A DNA stretch of 64,000 nucleotides. Origin: a virus (Duplodnaviria; Heunggongvirae; Uroviricota; Caudoviricetes). The DNA is taken from the IMG/VR virus record IMGVR_UViG_3300022555_003200, one strand, 5' to 3'. Made by a program: the position numbers and the translations under genes. Below, piece by piece: positions 8,294-17,387 of the stretch (position 1 is the first letter of the stretch; each line of letters starts with the position of its first letter). The notes beneath the pieces are model-generated. The model was given only the letters and a program-made list of their open reading frames with translations. It ran no database searches and was not told where the DNA came from.

Positions 8294-9991
8294 ATGCCTA
8301 ATCACGTAACGAACATACTCACCATAGAAGGCCCTACCAAGAGAGTAAAAGAGATCTTTGCTGCCATCTCTCCTGTGGACCCAACGCTTGCCAGTAAGCC
8401 ACTTCCGGCTCGCAAGGCTGGTGTGGTATTTGCTGCGGCCTCTGAAGAAGAGGTGGCCCGCAGAAAAGTAGACATCCACGAGATTGACTTCGGCAAGATC
8501 ATCCCGGCTCCTAAGACGAAGGCATATAGGAACCAGGGATGGTACAACTGGAACATTGAGCATTGGGACACTAAGTGGAATGCCTACAGCCAAGAGAAGG
8601 TAGATGACCATACGATGCGGTTTGATACTGCTTGGGGGGCTCCTTACGCTATCTTTAGAGCACTTAGCGAGAAGTTCCCGGATGTCACTATCAAAGTTAG
8701 GTATGCTGACGAGGACTTTGGCCAGAACTGCGGGGAGCTCGAGTATCGTGGAGGCAGTGAGACCTACAACGCTGGCATAGAGGAAGGAAGCAAGGAAGCC
8801 TATGAGCTAGCGTTTGATGTTAAGGGGTATGGCGCGGATGAGTATGTATACGACGAGAAGAAGGGTACTTATGTCTACAGAGACAACGCTGAAGATAATG
8901 AGCCTGTCCACAACGAGTCAGTTAAGAACGTAGGCAGGATGACTGCGGACCTAAAGAGTATCTTTGAGGCTGATCATGTGTTCAAAGCGGCTAGCGCTGA
9001 GGATGTGGCCAAGCGCAGGGAAGATCTGGACCGGAAGACGGGGGAAGTAAGCAAGTCTTTCTACGACGCTGAGTACAAGAGGAACGTGGACGTTTTACTA
9101 TACAAGCGCCGGTCGGACTGGTCAGACTCAGATGCTCCTAAGTGGACAGTTGAGTTCGACAATGGCTACCACGGCGGGTATTACGTAAGCACAATCTTTG
9201 GGAAGGATGAGAGGATTGGACATTACCGCAGGGTGGGCTGTCGCGGGGTGGGTCTAGTACTGCACGGTGGGGATGAGAACAGGTCAGCAATAGGCGCACA
9301 GTGCATGGATACGATCATGGACTGGATCGCGGCTACGATACATGCTCGCGGCGAGAAGATCGAAGAGGCGGGTGTGATGCCTAACGCAGGGGATGAGAAT
9401 CTGATCAGCCACGAGACTCTTAGCGGAACGGACTACAAGCATCAGTCAGTCAACAAGCCAGTATTTAAGGCTGCTAACCAGGAAGAGCTTGCAAGGCGTG
9501 GGATCAAGCAGCCTAAGTTCCAAAATGGTCAGCGGGTTGTCTACCACACTTCAATACGCGGCATTGATGATTACTTGGATGGGCGCATTGGAACGATAGC
9601 GATGTATCGCCCTGTTGAAGACTCAACAGGCGGGGTGCTTTACCGTTACGAAGTTAAGTTCGTGCACCCATTTATTTTCTTTAGGTGGACTACTGAGGAT
9701 TACCTGACTCCTGTGACGAATGAAGCGGCTGAGGAAGTGTTCAAAGCAGCAAGTCCAGAAGATGTAGCTAAGCGTCCTGAGTCAAAGATTCAGGTTGGGG
9801 ACACAGCAATGTACATGGGCGGAAATCCATCAAGCAAGTACTACCGCAGGTTTTGCAAAGTTACTGACATGCGCACAAATACTTACGGGACTAACTGGGT
9901 AGTGCACGATGTCAGGGCCGACATCAAGTTCCAGGATGGTAAGGGACTTAGGAATGTGGATGTTGATCACTTGGAGAAGATTTTTCAATGA
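8294..9991 (+). CDS. FKAA-tagged polyprotein: YubB/DUF1281-like ferredoxin-fold domain plus two SH3-like modules
   Basis: MPNHVTN...WNIEHWDTKWNAY...FDTAW; 4 tag copies. Confidence 0.75.
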   Translation: MPNHVTNILTIEGPTKRVKEIFAAISPVDPTLASKPLPARKAGVVFAAASEEEVARRKVDIHEIDFGKIIPAPKTKAYRNQGWYNWNIEHWDTKWNAYSQEKVDDHTMRFDTAWGAPYAIFRALSEKFPDVTIKVRYADEDFGQNCGELEYRGGSETYNAGIEEGSKEAYELAFDVKGYGADEYVYDEKKGTYVYRDNAEDNEPVHNESVKNVGRMTADLKSIFEADHVFKAASAEDVAKRREDLDRKTGEVSKSFYDAEYKRNVDVLLYKRRSDWSDSDAPKWTVEFDNGYHGGYYVSTIFGKDERIGHYRRVGCRGVGLVLHGGDENRSAIGAQCMDTIMDWIAATIHARGEKIEEAGVMPNAGDENLISHETLSGTDYKHQSVNKPVFKAANQEELARRGIKQPKFQNGQRVVYHTSIRGIDDYLDGRIGTIAMYRPVEDSTGGVLYRYEVKFVHPFIFFRWTTEDYLTPVTNEAAEEVFKAASPEDVAKRPESKIQVGDTAMYMGGNPSSKYYRRFCKVTDMRTNTYGTNWVVHDVRADIKFQDGKGLRNVDVDHLEKIFQ

Positions 9992-10341
9992 GCCTGGAAA
10001 AAGACATTACATCACTCAAGAAGATCATGGAAGCTGACAACGTCTTCAAGGCTGCTGGTGGTGATGAACTAACCAGGCGCATGGGACCTATAGCCGCTGA
10101 GAAGAAGGCCGCTATTGCCGAGGGCAAGGTATGGTGCAATGACTGCATGAAGGTTCCTAGAGCGCTTATGGTTGAGTTTGGTATAGCTAATCAGAAGGTA
10201 CGGCTTAAAGACGATGGCAAGTCCATCGCTAGCTTGGGAGAGGTGAACGTTCAGGAGCCTAACTACATTGTCTGCGTTGACTGCTACCAGGGTAATTTAG
10301 TGAATGAGAAGCAAATAATAGACAAGCTGAATGATTGGTGA
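9988..10341 (+). CDS. leader + FKAA-tagged Zn-ribbon protein
   Basis: MSLEKDITSLKKIMEADNVFKAAG; WCNDC...CVDC. Confidence 0.8.
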   Translation: MSLEKDITSLKKIMEADNVFKAAGGDELTRRMGPIAAEKKAAIAEGKVWCNDCMKVPRALMVEFGIANQKVRLKDDGKSIASLGEVNVQEPNYIVCVDCYQGNLVNEKQIIDKLNDW

Positions 10342-10344
10342 TTG

Positions 10345-11433
10345 ATGAGCTTAGAAAACGACGTTACTCAGGTGATGGCTCAGCTGCATGAAGGGTATGC
10401 AGACGCTAAACGTACGTTTGTTGACTTGGGGAAGATTGCTGAGGATGCATTTGAGCAGCTTTCTGAGAAAGATCCGACCAGTCAGAAGAAGTACCTTGTG
10501 TGGATGTGCAGGCAATACATTACCACACCCGAGTTAGGAAAGTTCGATATTATCCGGCAGTTCCACGACTTGGCTTTTCGGGGGATTATTAAGAATAGCG
10601 ATATATATTCTTATAAAAGCATCCAAGATGTGGAGAAAGCAGTGGAGGATTCCCAAGGTATATTTACCGGATCTTCTCTTAGGAAAGGGTCTAAAGAGAT
10701 TGGTAAGATCCCAGCAGATATTGTGAGACTTGACAATGACAAGGTTGTGATTATTGAACCCCGTGATAAGAACGAAGCTATTTACTATGGAAGAGGGTCT
10801 AAGTGGTGCACGGCCGCTATGGGAAGAGGCAATCTGTTTAGTAACTACCATACTGCAAACAAGAGGCTCTATTACATTTTAGCTAAGAATCCTACTAATG
10901 AGGAATCAGACAAGTTTGCGGTATCCTACAGGTTGCTTTCACCTCGCGTGTTTGGGCACGAGGATCCATCTAGCACGCCTAGGTATGAATGGATATTATG
11001 GACAAAGGAAGACCGTGGCTATTACCGCAATGACAGGGGGGTAGATACCATCCTTAGTCAACTAGGGTTGTCTGCTAGTGATTTAGCTGGGATGTTTGAT
11101 AAGTATGCTCCAAAAGAGTTCACAATAGGTGAAGCCAGTGTAGTGTATGACTCGCCTAAGATAAAAATCTACTACATAGATGATGTGGATACTGCGATCG
11201 AGCTCGGTAAGGGTACTGAATGGTTTGTGGCCGCTCCTTCCGATAATCAATTTGGTAATTACTACGGAATGAGCGGATACAACATATATTACTGGTTTTC
11301 AAAGATTGATGATCATAAATACTTGATGCTTCAGCCGCCTGCTGATGGTGGCAGTAAGGTGACACTGTGGGACGAACGAATGATTCCCGCTAATTTTAAA
11401 AAGATGGCGGCTAAATATGGAGTTCCTGCATGA
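10345..11433 (+). CDS. leader-bearing protein with two YGxG[ST]xW(C) repeats
   Basis: MSLENDVTQV; YGRGSKWCTA and LGKGTEWFVA. Confidence 0.75.
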   Translation: MSLENDVTQVMAQLHEGYADAKRTFVDLGKIAEDAFEQLSEKDPTSQKKYLVWMCRQYITTPELGKFDIIRQFHDLAFRGIIKNSDIYSYKSIQDVEKAVEDSQGIFTGSSLRKGSKEIGKIPADIVRLDNDKVVIIEPRDKNEAIYYGRGSKWCTAAMGRGNLFSNYHTANKRLYYILAKNPTNEESDKFAVSYRLLSPRVFGHEDPSSTPRYEWILWTKEDRGYYRNDRGVDTILSQLGLSASDLAGMFDKYAPKEFTIGEASVVYDSPKIKIYYIDDVDTAIELGKGTEWFVAAPSDNQFGNYYGMSGYNIYYWFSKIDDHKYLMLQPPADGGSKVTLWDERMIPANFKKMAAKYGVPA

Positions 11434-11855
11434 ATCTATACGAAGCAGTGACATCACTTAAGAAGATGTTTGAAGCGAACTGGGTGTTTAGAGCGGCCGA
11501 CCCGGAAGAGGTTGTGGCGCGTCGGGAGATCTACAAGTCCTGGGTCGTACTGGATACTGCTGATGTGAGGGTTGTTGAGCTTGAGTCTAAGGAACTTGCG
11601 ATCGAGTACGGCAAGGGTACTAAGTGGGAAATCTCAAGCCCTGACGCGTCAAGGAATACGTTCTCTAGATATTACGCACTTGGCTATTCATTTTACATTG
11701 TCTTTAACAAAAGATCAGGCAAGCGAATGGTAGTAAGTATTCCTCCTCCTGATGCCGATTCAACCGACATAGAGTATTACTCGGAAGATAACACTGTTAT
11801 TCCTGAAGAGACGGCTAAGCAGGAGCTGAAAGAACTCGGAGCTATAGCATTATGA
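11430..11855 (+). CDS. leader + FRAA-tagged protein, paralog of the 10345 repeat
   Basis: MFEANWVFRAAD; YGKGTKWEIS. Confidence 0.75.
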   Translation: MNLYEAVTSLKKMFEANWVFRAADPEEVVARREIYKSWVVLDTADVRVVELESKELAIEYGKGTKWEISSPDASRNTFSRYYALGYSFYIVFNKRSGKRMVVSIPPPDADSTDIEYYSEDNTVIPEETAKQELKELGAIAL

Positions 11856-12190
11856 GCTTACACGAAGCAGTGACATCACTTAAGAGAATGTTTGAGGCAA
11901 GTCCAGTCTTCAAAGCTGCCGGGCCAGAGGATATGGATAAGCGTAAGAGTGTGATGTCCTCAGCGAAGCAGAAGGCGTTAGCAGAAGGCAAGGTGTGGTG
12001 CAACGTCTGCGAGGCTGTTCCGACGTCTCTCTCGTGTACTTACGAATGGGCTACAGAAAACGCTAAGCTCAAGGACGGCAAGTTTGTTGACGGGTATTGT
12101 GGTGTCGACGAGACAGGCGATCGCAGTGCGACCAGCTGCGGCGAGTGTTACGAGTATGACTTAGAAAACATGGATAAGGTTGTGTGGTGA
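11852..12190 (+). CDS. leader + FKAA-tagged Zn-ribbon protein, paralog of 9988
   Basis: MFEASPVFKAAG; AEGKVWCNVC...CGEC. Confidence 0.8.
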   Translation: MSLHEAVTSLKRMFEASPVFKAAGPEDMDKRKSVMSSAKQKALAEGKVWCNVCEAVPTSLSCTYEWATENAKLKDGKFVDGYCGVDETGDRSATSCGECYEYDLENMDKVVW

Positions 12191-12191
12191 T

Positions 12192-12467
12192 ATGAGCCTA
12201 TCTAAAGATGTCTCAGAGATAAAGAAACTTGTTGAAGCTAAGCCTGTGTTCAAAGCAGCTAGTAGGGAAGAAGTGGCTAAGAGACCCAATCCCTTTAAGA
12301 CGCACAGGTTTAAGTTTGATCTTTGGAATCTTGTGGATGTGAACGAGCTTAACGAACACCTTGATTCTTTAGTTGGGAATGAAATGCCGTCAGACATTAC
12401 GTATAAGTTTTTAAGAATAACTCCGGATGGCGTTGTTACAGTCGATGCCACTTACGTTGCTGAATAA
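12192..12467 (+). CDS. leader + FKAA-tagged small protein
   Basis: MSLSKDVSEIKKLVEAKPVFKAAS (start ATG 12192). Confidence 0.8.
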   Translation: MSLSKDVSEIKKLVEAKPVFKAASREEVAKRPNPFKTHRFKFDLWNLVDVNELNEHLDSLVGNEMPSDITYKFLRITPDGVVTVDATYVAE

Positions 12468-12480
12468 AATAGGAATAATT

Positions 12481-12756
12481 ATGTACGCGGAACTATTAAA
12501 AGAACTCATCGAATCCAGGAAGAAGTACTTCGTTGCCGACAGCATCAATGCTGAAGAAGAGATCGGCTATACAGACGAGCAGCTCTCTGAGGTTATTAGA
12601 GAGAGCATGGAGCTTACAAGCAATCTTTTTAGCGAGATGTGTGAAGTTGAGGAAGTACACGAGAACATTCACAACCCTCGGTGGGGGTACAACGACCAAG
12701 AAGATTTATGTTGGTGCTACAGCCCAGAAGAGAACATGTGCTATTTTTACCGATAG
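12481..12756 (+). CDS. hypothetical protein
   Basis: ATG 12481 with AGGA SD, 91 aa. Confidence 0.6.
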   Translation: MYAELLKELIESRKKYFVADSINAEEEIGYTDEQLSEVIRESMELTSNLFSEMCEVEEVHENIHNPRWGYNDQEDLCWCYSPEENMCYFYR

Positions 12757-12762
12757 GACTCT

Positions 12763-13455
12763 ATGAATAACTACGGGTACATATATGAAACGATAAATAG
12801 TGCGACGGGGATGCTTTATGTCGGTAAGCATAAGGGCGCTTTTGAGTCTTGGTATCACGGAGGGGGCACGCGTATAAACCGTGCAATTAAAAAATATGGT
12901 AAGAAAGCTTTTACAACAAGGCCAATTGCTTATGCAAGAACTAAGGATGAGCTTAACGAGCTTGAAGTAGAGCACATAGCCAAGTACAAAGCTACGTATG
13001 GGGCAGACAAGCTCTACAACATATCTGAGGGTGGCGACGGAGGCGGCGGCCTTACTCGTCACTCTAGTGATTGTGTGTGCTGTTTTTGCATGGGTAAGCG
13101 TGGAGAGTTGAGTGGGTCTAACTGTCCTAGGTATGGCAAAACGTATCGATATGTTCGTAACAAGGCTACTGGTGAAAGACGTATGATTGCTCCTGAGATG
13201 CTTAGTGAATACATTATTGCCGGCTGGGTTAGATGCTCTACTGGGAGTAGGGTTGGCAAGAATAATGGTATGTACGGTAGACGGCATACAGAGAAAGCTA
13301 GGAAGGGAATGAAGGAGAATCGGCCAGACCAGTCAGGCAAAAGCAATGGTATGTTTGGGGTTCACCGGTATGGAAGCGCCAATCCGATGTTTGGTAAGAG
13401 TGACTCAGCTAAACGTGGCTGGGAGACTAGAAGAAAGAACATGGTGACTAAATGA
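12763..13455 (+). CDS. free-standing GIY-YIG homing endonuclease with NUMOD3-like repeats
   Basis: YGYIYETIN...YVGKH (GIY-YIG); GKNNGMYGRRHT and GKSNGMFG repeats. Confidence 0.85.
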   Translation: MNNYGYIYETINSATGMLYVGKHKGAFESWYHGGGTRINRAIKKYGKKAFTTRPIAYARTKDELNELEVEHIAKYKATYGADKLYNISEGGDGGGGLTRHSSDCVCCFCMGKRGELSGSNCPRYGKTYRYVRNKATGERRMIAPEMLSEYIIAGWVRCSTGSRVGKNNGMYGRRHTEKARKGMKENRPDQSGKSNGMFGVHRYGSANPMFGKSDSAKRGWETRRKNMVTK

Positions 13456-13970
13456 GCCTGTCTAAAGACGCAGCAGAGATCAAGAAGATGGTGGAAGCTA
13501 AGCCTGTATTTAAGGCGGCTAGCCCTGAAGAAGCACAAGCACGTAGAAATGTGACGGCAACTCAGAGGCCTTGGGCTATTTCTAAGAGATCTCCAAAGAT
13601 CATTGAGTCTGCAGATGGCAAGTATCGTATTGCTAAGTTGTTTGGGGATGAGTACGACTCTGATGAAATGGAAGCGAACGGAAAGTTAATTGTAAATGCG
13701 GTTAATGCTTACAAAGCTAGTGTAACTGAAGCTAAGCCAGTTTTCAAGGCAGCTGACCAGGCGGAGCTAAATAAGCGCCGGGCGGCCCGCGGGACTAAGC
13801 TCTACCGTTTCATCTACAAGTGCTATGCAGTTATCGAAGCGGCAAGCCCGGAAGATGCCCAGAGCAGGTTTGAAGAGATCGACCTGTTTTCAGATGACAT
13901 GCACAGCGCACAGGACGTGAAGATCTTCGACGTGCTTGATTCAGGATACCCTGAGGAATACACATCGTGA
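13452..13970 (+). CDS. leader + two FKAA-tagged modules
   Basis: MVEAKPVFKAAS, VTEAKPVFKAAD. Confidence 0.8.
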   Translation: MSLSKDAAEIKKMVEAKPVFKAASPEEAQARRNVTATQRPWAISKRSPKIIESADGKYRIAKLFGDEYDSDEMEANGKLIVNAVNAYKASVTEAKPVFKAADQAELNKRRAARGTKLYRFIYKCYAVIEAASPEDAQSRFEEIDLFSDDMHSAQDVKIFDVLDSGYPEEYTS

Positions 13971-14362
13971 GCTTAGAGAAGGACATTACACTTATCAAGA
14001 GCATGGTTGAGTCCGGTAATCCAGTCTTCAAGGCCGCTAGCCAAGAAGAGGTGGCTAAGAGGAGCCCTAAGGACTTTAAGATACGTATCGAGCCGGCTCC
14101 GGGGGAAGACTACAACATAATTACTGTAAGCAACTTTCGCTTGCCGCTTGGGAATAACTATAGATCAGACCACTTCTTTCGTGCTCTCATCGAAGAGTAT
14201 CCGGAGATCATTGACGAGCTAAGGGCGTACTCAGCCAATGACTCTGTTAGGTTCGACTATCGTGGAAGCTACGGGGCACACGAGGATAACTTTTCTATGT
14301 TAGACATATACGACTATGTGCGTGCTCACTATGACGATGTTCGTGCTAACGAGGAGCTCTAA
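13967..14362 (+). CDS. leader + FKAA-tagged protein
   Basis: MSLEKDITLIKSMVESGNPVFKAAS. Confidence 0.8.
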   Translation: MSLEKDITLIKSMVESGNPVFKAASQEEVAKRSPKDFKIRIEPAPGEDYNIITVSNFRLPLGNNYRSDHFFRALIEEYPEIIDELRAYSANDSVRFDYRGSYGAHEDNFSMLDIYDYVRAHYDDVRANEEL

Positions 14363-14961
14363 TGAAACCGGGACATGACGCGGTAGAACTTAAGAAGCTC
14401 TTCGAAGCTGGTCCAGTCTTTAAGGCAGCTGGCCCCAAGGACCTCAAGCAGCGCAAGAACGCGCTTGGCAAGCCGTGGCTGAGCATTCGTGTGGTGTTAG
14501 CTAATAACGAAGAGCAGGCTGTAGAGCAGGTGGTTGAAGGGAACTTCGAGGAGACTCACCCGCTGTGCGACGTGGTGCTTCCGGCCTCAGACGTTAAGGT
14601 GAACAACAAGTCAGGCAGCACCTGGGCGTGGACCCCGGTTGATCAGATGACCGAAGCTTCCAAGCCTATATTCAGAGCAGCCGGCCAAGAGGATATGTAC
14701 AAGAGGGCGGCGGAGCTTAGGGCTAAGAGTCCAGCAATAACTCCTGAGAACAAAGCTTTAGCGCAACTCTACTGGAAGACTGTTACCGATATCGAGTACG
14801 AGCTTGCCCAGTTGAGAGAGCAGTACGGGTTAGACGATGAAGACAAGTGCGAGTGCGAGATCACGGACTCAATCTCTTTTCCAGATGATTACGGCAGCAT
14901 CGCTAACTACTGCCTCAAGTGTGGTGGTGATGCTGGCAGCCGGCCGGAGGTGGCTGAATGA
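14362..14961 (+). CDS. leader + two FKAA-tagged modules
   Basis: LFEAGPVFKAAG, MTEASKPIFRAAG; C-terminal CxC..CxxC. Confidence 0.8.
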   Translation: MKPGHDAVELKKLFEAGPVFKAAGPKDLKQRKNALGKPWLSIRVVLANNEEQAVEQVVEGNFEETHPLCDVVLPASDVKVNNKSGSTWAWTPVDQMTEASKPIFRAAGQEDMYKRAAELRAKSPAITPENKALAQLYWKTVTDIEYELAQLREQYGLDDEDKCECEITDSISFPDDYGSIANYCLKCGGDAGSRPEVAE

Positions 14962-16889
14962 GCTACGAGCGGGATATTATTGCACTCACGGAAGACATTG
15001 AGAACGCTGTCTTCAAGGCCGCTAACGCTGACCAGATCACTAAGCGCCGTGAGGCGGGGTTGGTTGAGCTTCAGAACAAGTTTAAGCCTGGCACTAAGGT
15101 CATCAAGCACAGTGAGAGTATATGGAATGGAAAGCGTGTTAAGACTTCAGCCAGGGGCGAGGTTATTCAGGTCCATAAGCAGCACACACCAGATGGGTCG
15201 CCGCTGATCTCTGTTCTGTTTGGATATGGAAGAGGTCTTGTATGGCCTGAAGATCTAGAGATCGTCAACGAGGCTGGACCAGTGTTTAAGGCCGCGTCAT
15301 CAGAAGAAGCTGAGAAGCGCAAAGAAGCACACACTAGGAAGCTCACTGACGATACGGTTATTTCAATTTATGTGACCATGGAGCTAGGGGGAAACGTTAT
15401 ATTTAAAGAGGCTCTTGGCGTAACAGACTACAACAAGTACAAACAGCACTTTAACAACGATGACGTGTACAAGTCCGCGAAGGTTCTGGAATATGTAAAA
15501 GCTAGGGCTGTTAAAGAGTGTCAGCTGTATAAAGCGAATGTAGAAGTTCAGAGGGTAGCATTTAATGAATCCTATAGCTACTCGTCTGTGTCATGCAACG
15601 TATGGTTCTCTATAAGGCTCCGAGGGCCAGTTGGCGAGCTTAAGAAGGTTGCTGGTGAAGACAAGGATCTACAGCTTGATTGGAGATACATCGAGGATCA
15701 TATTCTAGAGTCTAACGTATTCAAGGCAGCAAGTCGCGAGGATGCTAGGAAGAGAAGCAACACGGAGTATGAGAAGATCGTAGCTAAGTTCAAGCCGGGG
15801 ACGAAGGTTGAGTACAACGACTATTACGGTTCGAATCCTGATAGATATAGAGTTCTAACTGGAATAGTTGATAGGGTTCGTAATATGCGCCCGCCGCTTC
15901 CGAATCTTACAGGGTTTGACGCGATCGTGGACGTGTACTTCGCAAACATTAAGAGAATGTACAACTTGCCACCTGAGCATTTAACGATTGTTGAGTCAGT
16001 GCGCGAGGCTAAGCCAGTCTTCAGAGCTGCTAGTCCGGAAGAAGTGATGGCCCGTAAGCCACAGCCGAAGATGGTGAAGTACCAGATACCTCTCTACACG
16101 TTTGACCAGCTCGATGGCAAGGCGAAGGATGCTGCTAGGAACTGGATGTATGAGCGTGGGTACTCAGATGTCGACTGGGATATGACTAAAGATGATGCTA
16201 AGCAGGTGGGGGTGGATCTTCACGGAAGAGATAGTGATAGAAGTCCCATGAAGGGTGAGTTTATGTGGGAGCCAGACGAAGTTGCTAAAAAGATTCTTGT
16301 AAACCATGGTAAGGACTGTGGCACCTACAAAGCGGCTAAGGAGTTCATCGCCGACGCTAGAAAAGCTCGTGGTGACGAAGATATGTTTGAAGAGATCACT
16401 CGTGTGTTTCTAGAGAAAGTCCTTGAGGACTACAGGAGATTACTCATAGAAGACGAAACGTACCACGCAAGTGATGAGCATCTTGAAGAGATGGCTGAAG
16501 CAAATCACTTACTATTCACAGAGAGTGGTAAGGCTTTCAGGCCGGACTCCGGCTGGACTATGATCGAGCGGAAGCTTAAGGAAGCCGGTGAGCCCGTGTT
16601 CAGGGCAGCGAGCCGAGAAGACGTTAAGGCTCGCAGGAGATCCGCGGCGCCTGTGTATGTGGTGTTTGACGTTAACATGGTTCCGATAATATTCGACAAC
16701 GAGACTGAGGCGCTTGAGTGTGCGAAGTCTCTCAAGCCGCGTTCAACACCAGGTGGAATGAGGGTAGAAGTCTGTGCTTATGAAGTACTTCCAGGACCTA
16801 AGATTGGCCAGAAGGTTAGACAGATCTATGGGCCACCTAACCAGCTAAGACTGTCATTCATTAAGCAAGCAGCGAGCGGACACTACTAA
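14958..16889 (+). CDS. leader + five FKAA-tagged modules (643 aa polyprotein)
   Basis: 5 tag copies; two KFKPGTKV SH3-like modules. Confidence 0.8.
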   Translation: MSYERDIIALTEDIENAVFKAANADQITKRREAGLVELQNKFKPGTKVIKHSESIWNGKRVKTSARGEVIQVHKQHTPDGSPLISVLFGYGRGLVWPEDLEIVNEAGPVFKAASSEEAEKRKEAHTRKLTDDTVISIYVTMELGGNVIFKEALGVTDYNKYKQHFNNDDVYKSAKVLEYVKARAVKECQLYKANVEVQRVAFNESYSYSSVSCNVWFSIRLRGPVGELKKVAGEDKDLQLDWRYIEDHILESNVFKAASREDARKRSNTEYEKIVAKFKPGTKVEYNDYYGSNPDRYRVLTGIVDRVRNMRPPLPNLTGFDAIVDVYFANIKRMYNLPPEHLTIVESVREAKPVFRAASPEEVMARKPQPKMVKYQIPLYTFDQLDGKAKDAARNWMYERGYSDVDWDMTKDDAKQVGVDLHGRDSDRSPMKGEFMWEPDEVAKKILVNHGKDCGTYKAAKEFIADARKARGDEDMFEEITRVFLEKVLEDYRRLLIEDETYHASDEHLEEMAEANHLLFTESGKAFRPDSGWTMIERKLKEAGEPVFRAASREDVKARRRSAAPVYVVFDVNMVPIIFDNETEALECAKSLKPRSTPGGMRVEVCAYEVLPGPKIGQKVRQIYGPPNQLRLSFIKQAASGHY

Positions 16890-17387
16890 ATGAGCTTAGA
16901 AAACGACATCACAACCGTAAAGATGATGGTTGAGACTAATGATGCTTTTATGGATCACCCAGATCCTAGTGGACTTGGGCATGCGGCAAATGATCCTAGA
17001 AACTGTAAGCTTGTTTGGTGGTATGACCCAAGGTCTGCTGAGTTTGTAAAATCGCGAGATCCTAAGCATCTTCATGTACTTGATGTTAGCCGTAACGTTA
17101 TAAAAGACTATCAGCATTGGGTTCGGGGGCGTGTGTTTCAGTATCAAGGTAAAGGATATCTGGTTGTTTATTTTCCTGAGAAGAAGCACTTATTAAGTCA
17201 TCAACTGGTAGATATTTTGGATAAGGCAATGAATAGCGTCGATATTCAAATAGATAAAGTCATTGATGATAATGGTCGTGATTTGCATGATATGCTCGAG
17301 TCTCTAAACGTTTATACGCTAGAGCACTCTTCTCTTGGAGCATGGAAGATAAATGCGAGTGGATCTGTCATAGAGGTAGCTGTTTAA
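16890..17387 (+). CDS. leader-bearing hypothetical protein
   Basis: MSLENDITTVKMMVE; no FKAA tag. Confidence 0.75.
   Translation: MSLENDITTVKMMVETNDAFMDHPDPSGLGHAANDPRNCKLVWWYDPRSAEFVKSRDPKHLHVLDVSRNVIKDYQHWVRGRVFQYQGKGYLVVYFPEKKHLLSHQLVDILDKAMNSVDIQIDKVIDDNGRDLHDMLESLNVYTLEHSSLGAWKINASGSVIEVAV

Noticed and set aside
15828-15838. GGTTCGAATCC tRNA T-loop motif
   Set aside because: Inside a coding polyprotein with no acceptor, D or anticodon arms.
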